Source: a virus (Duplodnaviria; Caudoviricetes). From it: 34,910 nucleotides of DNA. Shown one piece after another: positions 1-8,683 of this stretch. Below the pieces are notes generated by a model. That model saw nothing but the letters and a program-made list of their open reading frames with translations, was not told the origin of the DNA and did not search any database. Positions within the stretch are counted from its first letter, which is position 1. The number at the start of each line of letters is the position of its first letter. Made by a program: the position numbers and the translations under genes. The stretch spans positions 1 through 34,910 of IMG/VR virus record IMGVR_UViG_3300029821_000149; one strand, written 5' to 3'.

Positions 1-372
1 TCAGGCTATCTTGCCCAGCCAGCCCTTGCCGAACTTCTTGTTGAACGCGCCCACGATGGCGTCCACGGCGAACTCGATGAGCTGCGCCTCGAGGGCCTCG
101 GGCACCCAGGGGATGTCCACCAGGCTGTTGATGATCTCTACCGCCAGCTCCTTCTTCTTGTCGCCGGCCAGCTTCAGGTCCGCGCCGATAACCTCCACGC
201 GTTCCACCACGTCCGTGATGACCGAGACCGCGGCCGAGACCGCCTTGAAGGACTTCTTGAAGACGTTGCTCTCGCTGCCCCAGGCCGCCTGCACCGCCTT
301 AATACCGTCCAGGATCTCCGCCGAGTCCTTGAGCTCCGCCACCACCTGCTCCGCCAGTTTCTTAATTTCCAT
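1..372 (-). CDS. Lysis-module protein, possibly holin-related (LL-H-like C-terminus)
   Basis: 123 aa, AGGAGG RBS, last gene of the late operon; GDKKKELAV...IEFAVDAIV resembles the LL-H holin C-terminus; no clear TM helix. Confidence 0.4.
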   Translation of the reverse strand: MEIKKLAEQVVAELKDSAEILDGIKAVQAAWGSESNVFKKSFKAVSAAVSVITDVVERVEVIGADLKLAGDKKKELAVEIINSLVDIPWVPEALEAQLIEFAVDAIVGAFNKKFGKGWLGKIA

Positions 373-535
373 GTTTCTGTCCTCCTGTAGTTTTCTGCGA
401 ATCTTTCCTCGGCCCTATCCCGCCGCCCAGCAGCTTGCACAGCAAGGGCCCGATGATGGGCAGGGCCAGCAGGTCCCAGGTCTTGATGGGCACGATGCGC
501 GGCTGCCGGCCGCCCTGGGCTGGGTCTAAGGTCAT
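362..535 (-). CDS. Small hypothetical lysis-region protein (57 aa, not in ORF track)
   Basis: MTLDPAQGGRQPRIVPIKTWDLLALPIIGPLLCKLLGGG...; ATGA overlap with the endolysin stop; fills the gap and overlaps the next start. Confidence 0.5.
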   Translation of the reverse strand: MTLDPAQGGRQPRIVPIKTWDLLALPIIGPLLCKLLGGGIGPRKDSQKTTGGQKHGN

Positions 536-918
536 AGCGCCTCGAAGTGCGGATAATCCCTGAAGCTAAACCAGCCGCCCCAGCGTATGTGGCCCTCGTA
601 GCCCAGCTCCTTGATGGCCTTACCCAGCGGCAGGTAGTAGTCCTCGCGCCACTGTACCGCGCCGCGCTCGGCTATGGCCACGTCAAAGGCCAGCGCCGGC
701 AGCTCGTTGTGCTTGCTCTTTATCTTGGTGCCGTCGCACCTGGTCAGAATCCGGCCGGGCTTGTTCTGCGCGAAGATGGCGGCCTGCTCTTCCGGGGTGC
801 GGTGGGTGCAGGTAAGGATAAGCGCGCGGCCGGGGTGCGCGGCCATATACCAGGCGCGGAGCTTGGGCCAAAACTCGGCCAGGAGCGGGGTCAGGTCTTT
901 GGGGTCGCGGCTTGCCAT
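532..918 (-). CDS. Endolysin, peptidase M15 family (L-Ala-D-Glu peptidase-like)
   Basis: Motifs RTPEEQ, SKH-x6-AFD and WGG-x-F-x2-DYPHFE; lysis-region position. Confidence 0.88.
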   Translation of the reverse strand: MASRDPKDLTPLLAEFWPKLRAWYMAAHPGRALILTCTHRTPEEQAAIFAQNKPGRILTRCDGTKIKSKHNELPALAFDVAIAERGAVQWREDYYLPLGKAIKELGYEGHIRWGGWFSFRDYPHFEAL

Positions 919-919
919 A

Positions 920-1177
920 TCAGTCAGCGCCTCCTATGCGCTCAGCCTCGGGCGTGTAATTGCCCGGGATTTGCGAGCCGGTGGGCCGCTGGCTGTCTTT
1001 CAGCACGAAGACGGCCATGTACCCTACCAGTGCGCTCAGGAAGCCGTAAATCGAAGCGCTGAGCGCCAGGTGCAGGAAGACGTCCAGGAAGACCACCACC
1101 AGGCCGCAGACGGCCGTCAGCAGGGTCAGGAAGAAGCGGACACCGCCGAACCAGCGGCGCAGGGCTTTAGCGAGCAC
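920..1177 (-). CDS. Two-TM membrane protein, holin candidate
   Basis: 85 aa, GTG start, two long hydrophobic segments, directly upstream of the endolysin. Confidence 0.55.
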   Translation of the reverse strand: MLAKALRRWFGGVRFFLTLLTAVCGLVVVFLDVFLHLALSASIYGFLSALVGYMAVFVLKDSQRPTGSQIPGNYTPEAERIGGAD

Positions 1178-1310
1178 GGGGCCTCCCGGAAGGCTTCTCG
1201 AAGGCTTTGAATATACCGGCTATGACCAGGGCCGTCCCGATAGCCAGCAGGAATACCAGGATGATGAACGGCAGGGCCACGGCCCCGGCAAGCAGTATTT
1301 CCTCGCTCAT
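1167..1310 (-). CDS. Small single-TM protein (47 aa, not in ORF track)
   Basis: MSEEILLAGAVALPFIILVFLLAIGTALVIAGIFKAFEKPSGRPRAR; ATGA overlap with the upstream gene. Confidence 0.6.
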   Translation of the reverse strand: MSEEILLAGAVALPFIILVFLLAIGTALVIAGIFKAFEKPSGRPRAR

Positions 1311-1606
1311 TTGCTCCCCCTGCTCATCATAACCGCGCGCAGCTCGCGCACATCCTGCCCCATCGAGCGCAGCTCTGTCAGGATGGCCTCCTGCCTCGCC
1401 TCGGCCCTATCCTGCTTGCGCTCTATGGCCTCTACGCGCTCGGGCAGGTCTTTGGCGCTGGAGAAGTAGGAGCCGGCAGTAAAGGTCAGCGAACCGAACG
1501 CCAGCAGTGCGGCGAGCAGGTTCTTCAAGAGCGTCGGCACATCAAATACTCCGGTGTGGTCGGTGCCGTTCTTCTTGCCGCCCAAAAACTTAATAACCTT
1601 TTCCAT
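1307..1606 (-). CDS. Membrane protein with C-terminal coiled coil (holin/antiholin-like)
   Basis: 99 aa; one TM segment (LLAALLAFGSLTFTAG) followed by the heptad-like RVEAIERKQDRAEARQEAILTELRSM. Confidence 0.6.
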   Translation of the reverse strand: MEKVIKFLGGKKNGTDHTGVFDVPTLLKNLLAALLAFGSLTFTAGSYFSSAKDLPERVEAIERKQDRAEARQEAILTELRSMGQDVRELRAVMMSRGSK

Positions 1607-1799
1607 TTCTACCTCTCAGTTTTTCAATGATGTTCCGGCGCTTGCTGTGCGCCAGGTCCGACGCCGCCTTCAGCCTCGCCACCACCGACCCGCTCTCCGG
1701 TATCGCCGGCTTCTTCTCCACGTCCTCCTGCGTAAACAGCTCCACGCGGCGCAGGAAGGCGTGTCGGCCGCGTTTAAGCCATTCGTAGATTACCTTCAT
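1590..1799 (-). CDS. Hypothetical protein
   Basis: 69 aa, overlaps both neighbours in the operon. Confidence 0.5.
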   Translation of the reverse strand: MKVIYEWLKRGRHAFLRRVELFTQEDVEKKPAIPESGSVVARLKAASDLAHSKRRNIIEKLRGRNGKGY

Positions 1800-2302
1800 G
1801 CCCGCCTCTTCATCACGTCAATCTCGAAGCGCGGCGACTGGCCGTTAAGCCATCCCACCTGATTCCACCGGCCGAACAACCAGAACTCGCAGTACGGCCG
1901 GCGGCCGCCCTCGTAGGTGCGGATGATGTAGAAGTTGCGCTTGCCGGAGTGGTCCTCCTCGTACAGGAAGCGGCCGAGCCGGTAGGCGGCGTAGTTGTTC
2001 CAGTTAACACAGGAGTTGCGAATCGCGCTCCACCAGTAGCAACGAAGCCAAAGCCAGCCGCAAGTGAGAACCCACTCCGGGTATTTGCTTTCCTGCCTCG
2101 CGCACTCCTTGCCAGTTTCCATTTGGACGCTATCGTCTAGCAGTAGCCACAACGGGGCGAAGGTCGGGCGGTAGAGATACTCCGGCCGCATTACCTCTCT
2201 CGTCCGCAGTTTCCGCCGTAGCGCGTAGGCCAGCGGATACAACAGGGCCGAGGCCACGCGCTTGACGGGTTCCAGTAGGAGATACGCGAGGAGGTGGAGC
2301 AT
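1796..2302 (-). CDS. Trp-rich hypothetical phage protein with hydrophobic N-terminus
   Basis: 168 aa; contains YWWSAIRN; lies between the fibre and lysis genes. Confidence 0.65.
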   Translation of the reverse strand: MLHLLAYLLLEPVKRVASALLYPLAYALRRKLRTREVMRPEYLYRPTFAPLWLLLDDSVQMETGKECARQESKYPEWVLTCGWLWLRCYWWSAIRNSCVNWNNYAAYRLGRFLYEEDHSGKRNFYIIRTYEGGRRPYCEFWLFGRWNQVGWLNGQSPRFEIDVMKRRA

Positions 2303-2303
2303 A

Positions 2304-2375
2304 TTACCCCGTCACCTTTGTTTCCGCAAACGACAGGGACGGCAGTAAGAGAAGAAGAAAGAGAAGTGGTTTCAT
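2304..2375 (-). CDS. 23-aa mini-ORF consisting almost entirely of a signal peptide (possible gene remnant)
   Basis: MKPLLFLLLLLPSLSFA-ETKVTG-stop; AGGT upstream; exactly fills the gap between two genes. Confidence 0.5.
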   Translation of the reverse strand: MKPLLFLLLLLPSLSFAETKVTG

Positions 2376-2380
2376 AGTTG

Positions 2381-3499
2381 TTACCTAAATGCTACCCAAG
2401 AATACGTTGAGCCCGAGTAATTACACGCTCCGATGGAGGCCCTAGTTACAAAGAAGTTGGTTGCATCCATAGATGTTACGACATCGGTTTTTGTGGTTGC
2501 GCCGTATTGTGACTGAATAATAGTAGGAGCCCCGCCAGTTAAATCACAGAAATTATCACCTGCACTTATCTGTAGAACATGGACATACTTCGGGATAGTG
2601 CCGAGCCCGTGAGCGATAGCCCTGTTATTTGTCCCGTCACCTGTATAAGTTCCGGTTGTTATCATCACCGCCATCGTTGTCACGCCACCAATTGTGGTAG
2701 CAGATGGGAGGGAAGTTCCACCCGTAAAGTTATTCGTCCCCGTCCAGTTGTTGTTGCCGGAGGAGGTTATAGAACTGGTAAAAGTATTTGCCCCGGTAAA
2801 CGTCTGCGTAGAGGCGAGAACCGCGCCGCCGGACGTGCTCGGGAGGTTGGTCAACTGCGAACCGTCCACCGCCGGCAGTTTGGAGAGCGCGTCCAGTTTC
2901 ACCAGTTGCGAGGCCCCGTTGAAGGTGTTGCCCTGCAACGTAACGCTCGACGGCTTCGCGCTAAACGTCGCGCCCGTCAGCGCAAGCGAAACGCCGTCGG
3001 CCAGGTAGGAGGTCGTGGCGATGTTGATGTTGGCCGAGCCGTCAAAGGACACGCCGTTGATAGCCCGCGCCGTGGCCAGCTTGGTGGCCGTAGCCGCGTT
3101 GCCCGTCACGTTGCTGGGCTGGCTGCATACCGCCGCGCCGTTGGCCCCTATGCCCAGCGCCACGTTGGGCAGGGTGCAGTCGGCCGGGTTGGCCGCGAGC
3201 GCCGAGGCCGTAGCGGCGTTGCCGGTGAGGTCTCCATAGAAGCCCCCGCTGGCCGTGATGGAGCTGCCGGCCGTGATCCAGTTGTTGACCAGGAGCGAGC
3301 TGTAGGTGGGCGTGCTGGTGCCCACCGGCACCGAGGAGTTGAGCAGCACGAAGTTGTTGCGGATGGCCGCTGCCCATACGTTGCCGGCATCGCCGAAGTT
3401 CGGGTAACACAGGCCCAGGCCGGTCGTTGCCGGAGTGCATGCCGCGCGCGCCGTCAGCGGCACCAGGATGAGAAGCACGGAAAGGATCAGTCTGTTCAT
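2381..3499 (-). CDS. Tail fibre / receptor-binding protein with N-terminal signal peptide (372 aa)
   Basis: Start at 3499 (GAGGAG RBS, ATGA overlap); fibre motifs GNAATATKLATARAINGVSFDGSANI and KLPAVDGSQLTNLP; C-terminal GTYTGDG...HGLG...YSWVAF domain. Confidence 0.8.
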   Translation of the reverse strand: MNRLILSVLLILVPLTARAACTPATTGLGLCYPNFGDAGNVWAAAIRNNFVLLNSSVPVGTSTPTYSSLLVNNWITAGSSITASGGFYGDLTGNAATASALAANPADCTLPNVALGIGANGAAVCSQPSNVTGNAATATKLATARAINGVSFDGSANINIATTSYLADGVSLALTGATFSAKPSSVTLQGNTFNGASQLVKLDALSKLPAVDGSQLTNLPSTSGGAVLASTQTFTGANTFTSSITSSGNNNWTGTNNFTGGTSLPSATTIGGVTTMAVMITTGTYTGDGTNNRAIAHGLGTIPKYVHVLQISAGDNFCDLTGGAPTIIQSQYGATTKTDVVTSMDATNFFVTRASIGACNYSGSTYSWVAFR

Positions 3500-5871
3500 A
3501 ATATCTCCTCGAGCTGCAGGTCGGTTATGCCGCTTTTGTACTGCTGGTTGATTCCTACCACCTTGAAGACCACGTCGCGCAGCAGGACGGCCTGGCTCTC
3601 GCCAAACGCCGGCGCGAACTTCTGCATGGGGTCGCCGAAGACGTTGCTCTCCAGGAGCGGGTCCTCGTAGTACGCGACCTGGATGACGTCGCTCAGTTCC
3701 AGGAAAGGGATGAGCTTGCACTGCAGGCGCACGCGCCGCTTGGCCACATGCTTGGCCTCGTAGCCTATCTGCGCCATGCCGGTAGCGATGTCCGCGTCGT
3801 TGGCCAGCATGAAGCCGCCCATGGACTTGTTCTCTATGCGGTCGTTGTAGATGTCCTTGCTGGTGGGGAAGCTCTCGCCGGCGCTGACGGAGTTGTACTC
3901 CTTGTAATAGGGGTCGTAGGAAACCTGGCAGTTGTTGCGGACCTCGTTCCAGCCGGGCTTGAAGCTGGAGATCCGCACGATCTGCTTTTGGTTGAGCGTC
4001 AGTACCGGAGTCGCGGAGGTGCTCTTGGTGCGGAAGAAGAACACGCCGGCGCCGGTGAAGCCGATCTCGCCGTTGAAGATGCCGGCCAGCGTCTGCAGCG
4101 CCTGGTAGCAGTTCTGCCCGGAGAAGTCGGCCAGGGCCACGGCCACGGTGGCGGAGTAGAAGTCGATGGTGACTTTGTTGACCACCGGCGACAGGTAGTT
4201 CCACGCCTGGTGGTTGAACGTCAGCTTGAACTTGAACCAGCGGCTCAGGGTGGACTGCACCACGCCGCCGGCCGTAAGCGCCGAGTACGCCTCATAGGTC
4301 CCTCCGGAGGTGGGCGCCGTCCTGGTCTGCACCGCCACGGTGCCGCCGTTGAGCGTGGCGTAGGTGGTGAACACGCCCCACTGGTCAGGCACCACCAGCA
4401 GGTCATGCTCGCCGCTTTCGTAGGTGCACTGGTCGGCCTTGAAGACGCCGTTGACGGTATCCACCACGTTCGGCAGCACCATGGCGTAGTCGCCGGTGGC
4501 GCCATAGAGAAAGCTGGTGTCGAAGGTGGTGGCGTTGTAGGTGGTGTCGGTGACGTCGATGTAGCTGGGGTCGTCCTTCTGTTTGACGTAGATCCGGCCG
4601 GTGCTGGCGTCCCGGGTGATGAGGATGTTCTTGTTGTTGTTGACGTTCTGCCAGGACGTGACCCCCAGCAGGGTCTGTACCGAGGGAGTCGGGGACGTCC
4701 GCGGATCCGTGCGCCAAAGCTCAATGCGGCTGTCGTATCCTGAATAGACGCGCTTGATGTAGTACGCGGGGCGGCCATTAAGTGTCGCTGAGACAAAGTT
4801 GTCGAACAGGAATGTAAAAGTTCCTAATCCATCCGCTCTGTTCAGTAATACGCACCAGGAAGCGCTGTTGTAATTAATGGTGAGCGCGGTGCCATAGCTG
4901 AGGCTGTCCGCGGTCAGCGGGGGGATTGCAAGCAGCGCCGTGGTGACGTCGCCCGGCGCGGTGCTGGTGTCGGTCAGCGTCTTGACGTAGCCGGTGTTCT
5001 GCCAGTCGGCCTGGTCGTCTATGGTCTTCACGCTGGCGACCAGGTTAGGAAAGAGGACCTCTTCGATGATGCGGTCGGTGATGCCGCAGTAGTCGCAGAT
5101 GGCCTCGGCCAGTTCCTCTATCTTCTGCCCGGTCAGCCACTTAATGCCGCTGGTATCTATGTTGCCTTCGCCGGCGGCCGGCGCGATGTTGAAGCTTATC
5201 TTGGCCGGCTTGTTGTATTCGCCGGTCTCGGAGATGGTGTAGTCGACGCCCTCTTTCTTAACCACGCCGCCCACGCGCACCTGGTTGACGAAGCCCACGC
5301 CCACGGAGGTGGTGTAGAAATCCGTGATGACGCCGTTGCCTATGGCCGGGCTGGTGGCTTCCTCGGTGAACGCGGCAGATACCTTCTGTGCGTCGTTCTC
5401 CTTGAAGTCCAGCTCCTTGCCGGAGATGGTCGCCTCGAAGATGCCCTTATCCGGGGACATGCTGAAGTCCACCATGTAGCCGGTGAACTGCACAGGCACC
5501 TCGGCGGTGCCGTCCGGCAGCAGGTAGCCGGCCTCGATCTGGAACAGCGTGCGGTACGCCTGGTAGCCGGCCGTGGCCACGGCGTCGCTGCCGAACACGC
5601 CGGCCTGGTTATAGGGGCTCCATTCGTAGCGGTTGTTGCGCAGGCTCAGCACGATGTTGCTGGCGTTAAAGACGCCGCCCGTCACGGTGTCCAGGGTGCT
5701 GCTGGCGTCGCCGAGCTGCACAAAGTTCTTCATCTCCAGCGTGTTCCAGTCGGCCTCGTAAACGAAGGCGCCGCCGGCCGCGTAGCGCCGCTTGTACTTT
5801 ATGCGGTGTACCTCGAACTTGGCCGCCGGATTACGCCAGGCGGCCAGGAAGGCGTCGGAGACGGTAAGCAT
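3496..5871 (-). CDS. Large tail-tip / baseplate hub-like protein
   Basis: 791 aa, beta-rich, second gene after the tape measure; internal GNG...DF...VRVGG...GVDY...ISFNIAPAAG module typical of tail proteins. Confidence 0.75.
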   Translation of the reverse strand: MLTVSDAFLAAWRNPAAKFEVHRIKYKRRYAAGGAFVYEADWNTLEMKNFVQLGDASSTLDTVTGGVFNASNIVLSLRNNRYEWSPYNQAGVFGSDAVATAGYQAYRTLFQIEAGYLLPDGTAEVPVQFTGYMVDFSMSPDKGIFEATISGKELDFKENDAQKVSAAFTEEATSPAIGNGVITDFYTTSVGVGFVNQVRVGGVVKKEGVDYTISETGEYNKPAKISFNIAPAAGEGNIDTSGIKWLTGQKIEELAEAICDYCGITDRIIEEVLFPNLVASVKTIDDQADWQNTGYVKTLTDTSTAPGDVTTALLAIPPLTADSLSYGTALTINYNSASWCVLLNRADGLGTFTFLFDNFVSATLNGRPAYYIKRVYSGYDSRIELWRTDPRTSPTPSVQTLLGVTSWQNVNNNKNILITRDASTGRIYVKQKDDPSYIDVTDTTYNATTFDTSFLYGATGDYAMVLPNVVDTVNGVFKADQCTYESGEHDLLVVPDQWGVFTTYATLNGGTVAVQTRTAPTSGGTYEAYSALTAGGVVQSTLSRWFKFKLTFNHQAWNYLSPVVNKVTIDFYSATVAVALADFSGQNCYQALQTLAGIFNGEIGFTGAGVFFFRTKSTSATPVLTLNQKQIVRISSFKPGWNEVRNNCQVSYDPYYKEYNSVSAGESFPTSKDIYNDRIENKSMGGFMLANDADIATGMAQIGYEAKHVAKRRVRLQCKLIPFLELSDVIQVAYYEDPLLESNVFGDPMQKFAPAFGESQAVLLRDVVFKVVGINQQYKSGITDLQLEEIL

Positions 5872-6695
5872 CAGCCTATCTCCTCCACGGCAAAGCCGAG
5901 GTCATAGCCGGCGCCCTTGTAGTCGCTGGTGGGGGTAATCTTGAAGGACGAAGTGAAATGGCTGTAGAAGATCTCGCCCGCCTTGTCGCCCGGCTCCGGG
6001 TAGAACAGGAAAGCCGGGTTGTCCCGGTCCATGGCCTGCAGCTCCAGGATCTCCGCGTAGGTTACCTGCTTGAACTTGAACGAGGCGGAGTAGAAGCTGT
6101 TGCTGGCCGCGCTGCGCTTGATGTAGGAGATGTCCTTGGAGCCGTCGGCCATGGTCAGCACGCGCTTGTTCTTCTTGTCGTCCTGGGAGATGGGATTTAC
6201 CGGGATGGCCGTCATCTGCTTAAGCAAGCCGGCCGCGACGGCCGTGCCCAGCTTCTTGGCGGCGTTGGCCACGATGGTCTTGGTGGCCGTGATACGGATA
6301 AAGTTGGCGCTCTTGGGCGCGGCCGAGATGTCGCTTATCCAGTTGGCCGCGGTGTTGCCGGTCACCGTGTAGGTGGTGTGAAAGGTCGCGCCGCCGTCGC
6401 TGGACAGGGCCACGGTGAAGTCCTTGAAATTGGTGTTGAGCAGGGCCAGCAGGCCGATGTCGGTGCGCAGCGCCTGCGCCTCGCCCTCGTAGAGCTCAAT
6501 GTCCACGGTCTCGGAGATGGTGTCATCTTCCACCGAGCCCTGCCAGTAGGCGAAGGGGTCCATGTCCAGGATGCGCGGCGCGATCGCCTGCATGGTGGTG
6601 GCCGTGAAAATGCCGGGCACCTTCGCGGTTATCACGTCGGTGTTGATGTAGTTCTTGGTGAGGAAGATTGGCGCGGCGCCGGCTGTAAGGATCAT
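5871..6695 (-). CDS. Distal tail-like protein
   Basis: 274 aa immediately after the tape measure; assignment by position. Confidence 0.6.
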   Translation of the reverse strand: MILTAGAAPIFLTKNYINTDVITAKVPGIFTATTMQAIAPRILDMDPFAYWQGSVEDDTISETVDIELYEGEAQALRTDIGLLALLNTNFKDFTVALSSDGGATFHTTYTVTGNTAANWISDISAAPKSANFIRITATKTIVANAAKKLGTAVAAGLLKQMTAIPVNPISQDDKKNKRVLTMADGSKDISYIKRSAASNSFYSASFKFKQVTYAEILELQAMDRDNPAFLFYPEPGDKAGEIFYSHFTSSFKITPTSDYKGAGYDLGFAVEEIG

Positions 6696-8683
6696 ACGGA
6701 CCTACCTCCATACTTGGTGGCGACGTTGTCACTGGTGATGGCGAGCTTTATGAAGGGGGCGGTCTCCTCGTTGAAGCCGCGCACCAGGGCGTCGGCCAGC
6801 GCTTCGGGCGACCCATTGAGGCTGCCGCCCTGGACTATGACCTCCACCTTTTCGAAGATTACGGTGATGCCGCCGGCAGACTTACCGGCCGGTGAGCCCA
6901 GGTTGCCGCCGCCGGCCAGCACGCCCATGGCGAAGCCTTTAGCCTGGGAGTCCGGGACGACGCTCTCGATCTCGCCGCCTTCGCCTACCATAGCCAGCTC
7001 CGGGGAACCCACGCGGCCGCCATCCTTGTACGCGGAGATCTTGGCCACGTTGCCGAGGCCCGCGGCTATAACGGCGGCCATCAGCGCATAGTTGAACGGC
7101 GGCGGCGCGGACGCCAGCGCCTTGTTGGCGGCCCTGTAGGTGTCGATGGAGGCCTGGGAGATCGCGGCGGCCTTGCCGATGGCGGCCAGCTCGTTGTTCT
7201 TGCTGCTGGACAGGGAGGAGATAAAGCCCAGGGTGCTCTCGAAGTTCTGCTGGCGGGCCTTGTTGTAGGCGGCCTCGTCCTTGAGCATCTGGGTGTGGAT
7301 GGCCTTCTCGCGCTGCTGGAGCTGCAGGTCGAGCTGGGCTATTTTAGCGTTGGCCTCCTGCCGGTAGGCCGGGCGCTGCCGGGCGAGCATTTCGATGTCC
7401 GCGACCTCGGCGTCATGCGCGGCGCGCAGGACGGCTATTTTCTGGTCGGCGGTGTAGCGCACCTGGTCCAGCTCGAGCATCTGGCCTTCGGAGAGCTTGA
7501 GCTTCTTTTCCTCCAGCTTCGCGGCGACCTCTTCCAGCTCGAGGCTCTGCCCGGCCTCGATTATCTTGAGCCGGTCTTCCTGCTCTTTCTTGAGCTCCTC
7601 GAGCTCCTTCTCGGTCTGCGCGGCGCGGATGCCGCCGACCTCCACCAGGTTCTGTTTCACCGCCTCTTTCTGTCCGCTCCAGATGGCTTTCAGCTTGGCA
7701 TCTCCGGAGGCCATGATCTCGCCCTGCTTGGCCATGTCCTCTTTGGCCAGTGTCAGGAGATCGTTGCCGAGCTGCACCGCGGCGTCCTTGGCCTTGAACA
7801 GGTGCCCGGTGAAAATGTTGTAGACGATCTCCACCACGCCTTCGACCAGGCGCTTAATGCCCTCGGTCCCGGAGGCGAGCTCCTGCATGATCATGGCGAA
7901 GACCTGCCCGAAGGCCACGCCGATGGACTTGATGACGATGAGCACCGGCCCGCCGACCACGTCCATGAATTTCTGGAAAGCCGGGAGCACGTCCGCGAAC
8001 ATGGCCGAGCCTGCGTCCATGAGGCTGCGGCCCATGTCCTTGAAGGAGAGGGTGGCGCTACCGGCTTTGGTCGCGGCGCCGCCGTAGGTGGCGGCCAGCT
8101 TGTTCAGCGCTTCCTCGTTGGTCTTTACGCCTTCGAGCTGCGCGCCGAACTCCTGGCGCATCTGCATCAGGCCGCGCTCGGAGCCGGCGGCGGCCCGGGA
8201 AAGCATCTCCAGCGTGGTCTCAAAGTTCTTGCCGGAGGTGATGGCTATGTCCTGGGAAAGCTGCACCAGCTTCATGGCCTGGTCCAGGTCGTTCACGCGC
8301 TGCACGGTGCGGCCGAGGGCGGCCACTACCTGGTCGTCCTCGATGTGCGCGGCGGCCTGCATGGCGGCGGCCCAATCTTCTATCTTTACGCGGTTGAGAT
8401 CATAGGAAAGGCCCAGCGCGTCCATCTGCGCGCGGAGCTGGCGGAAGGCCTCCTCCTCGGCGGCGGCTTCCTGTATCGCGGCTTTGAAGAAGGCAAGCAC
8501 GGCGGTAGAGGCCGCCAGCTTGGTGAGCCCACCCATCAGCGAGTCTATCTGCTTGCCGCTGTCCGCGGACTTCTCGCCCAGCCGGCTGACGTCGTCACCC
8601 AGGCCGCGCAGCTCGCCCTTGACCATCTCGAGCTGGCCGGTGTCCTTGTTGACGCGGACTACTATGTTGAGTTCGTCAGCCAT
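6692..8683 (-). CDS. Tape measure protein
   Basis: 663 aa, Ala-rich and helical; MADELNIVVRV N-terminus; C-terminal AYKDGGRV...MVGEGG motif. Confidence 0.88.
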   Translation of the reverse strand: MADELNIVVRVNKDTGQLEMVKGELRGLGDDVSRLGEKSADSGKQIDSLMGGLTKLAASTAVLAFFKAAIQEAAAEEEAFRQLRAQMDALGLSYDLNRVKIEDWAAAMQAAAHIEDDQVVAALGRTVQRVNDLDQAMKLVQLSQDIAITSGKNFETTLEMLSRAAAGSERGLMQMRQEFGAQLEGVKTNEEALNKLAATYGGAATKAGSATLSFKDMGRSLMDAGSAMFADVLPAFQKFMDVVGGPVLIVIKSIGVAFGQVFAMIMQELASGTEGIKRLVEGVVEIVYNIFTGHLFKAKDAAVQLGNDLLTLAKEDMAKQGEIMASGDAKLKAIWSGQKEAVKQNLVEVGGIRAAQTEKELEELKKEQEDRLKIIEAGQSLELEEVAAKLEEKKLKLSEGQMLELDQVRYTADQKIAVLRAAHDAEVADIEMLARQRPAYRQEANAKIAQLDLQLQQREKAIHTQMLKDEAAYNKARQQNFESTLGFISSLSSSKNNELAAIGKAAAISQASIDTYRAANKALASAPPPFNYALMAAVIAAGLGNVAKISAYKDGGRVGSPELAMVGEGGEIESVVPDSQAKGFAMGVLAGGGNLGSPAGKSAGGITVIFEKVEVIVQGGSLNGSPEALADALVRGFNEETAPFIKLAITSDNVATKYGGRSV

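Noticed and set aside
2381-2800. Diversity-generating retroelement target at the fibre tip
   Set aside because: No reverse transcriptase and no template/variable repeat pair seen in the window; the composition shift fits a domain swap better.
3500-4204. 5' extension of the 607-aa track ORF (2381..4204)
   Set aside because: It overlaps the real 791-aa tail gene out of frame; the RBS and ATGA coupling support the start at 3499.
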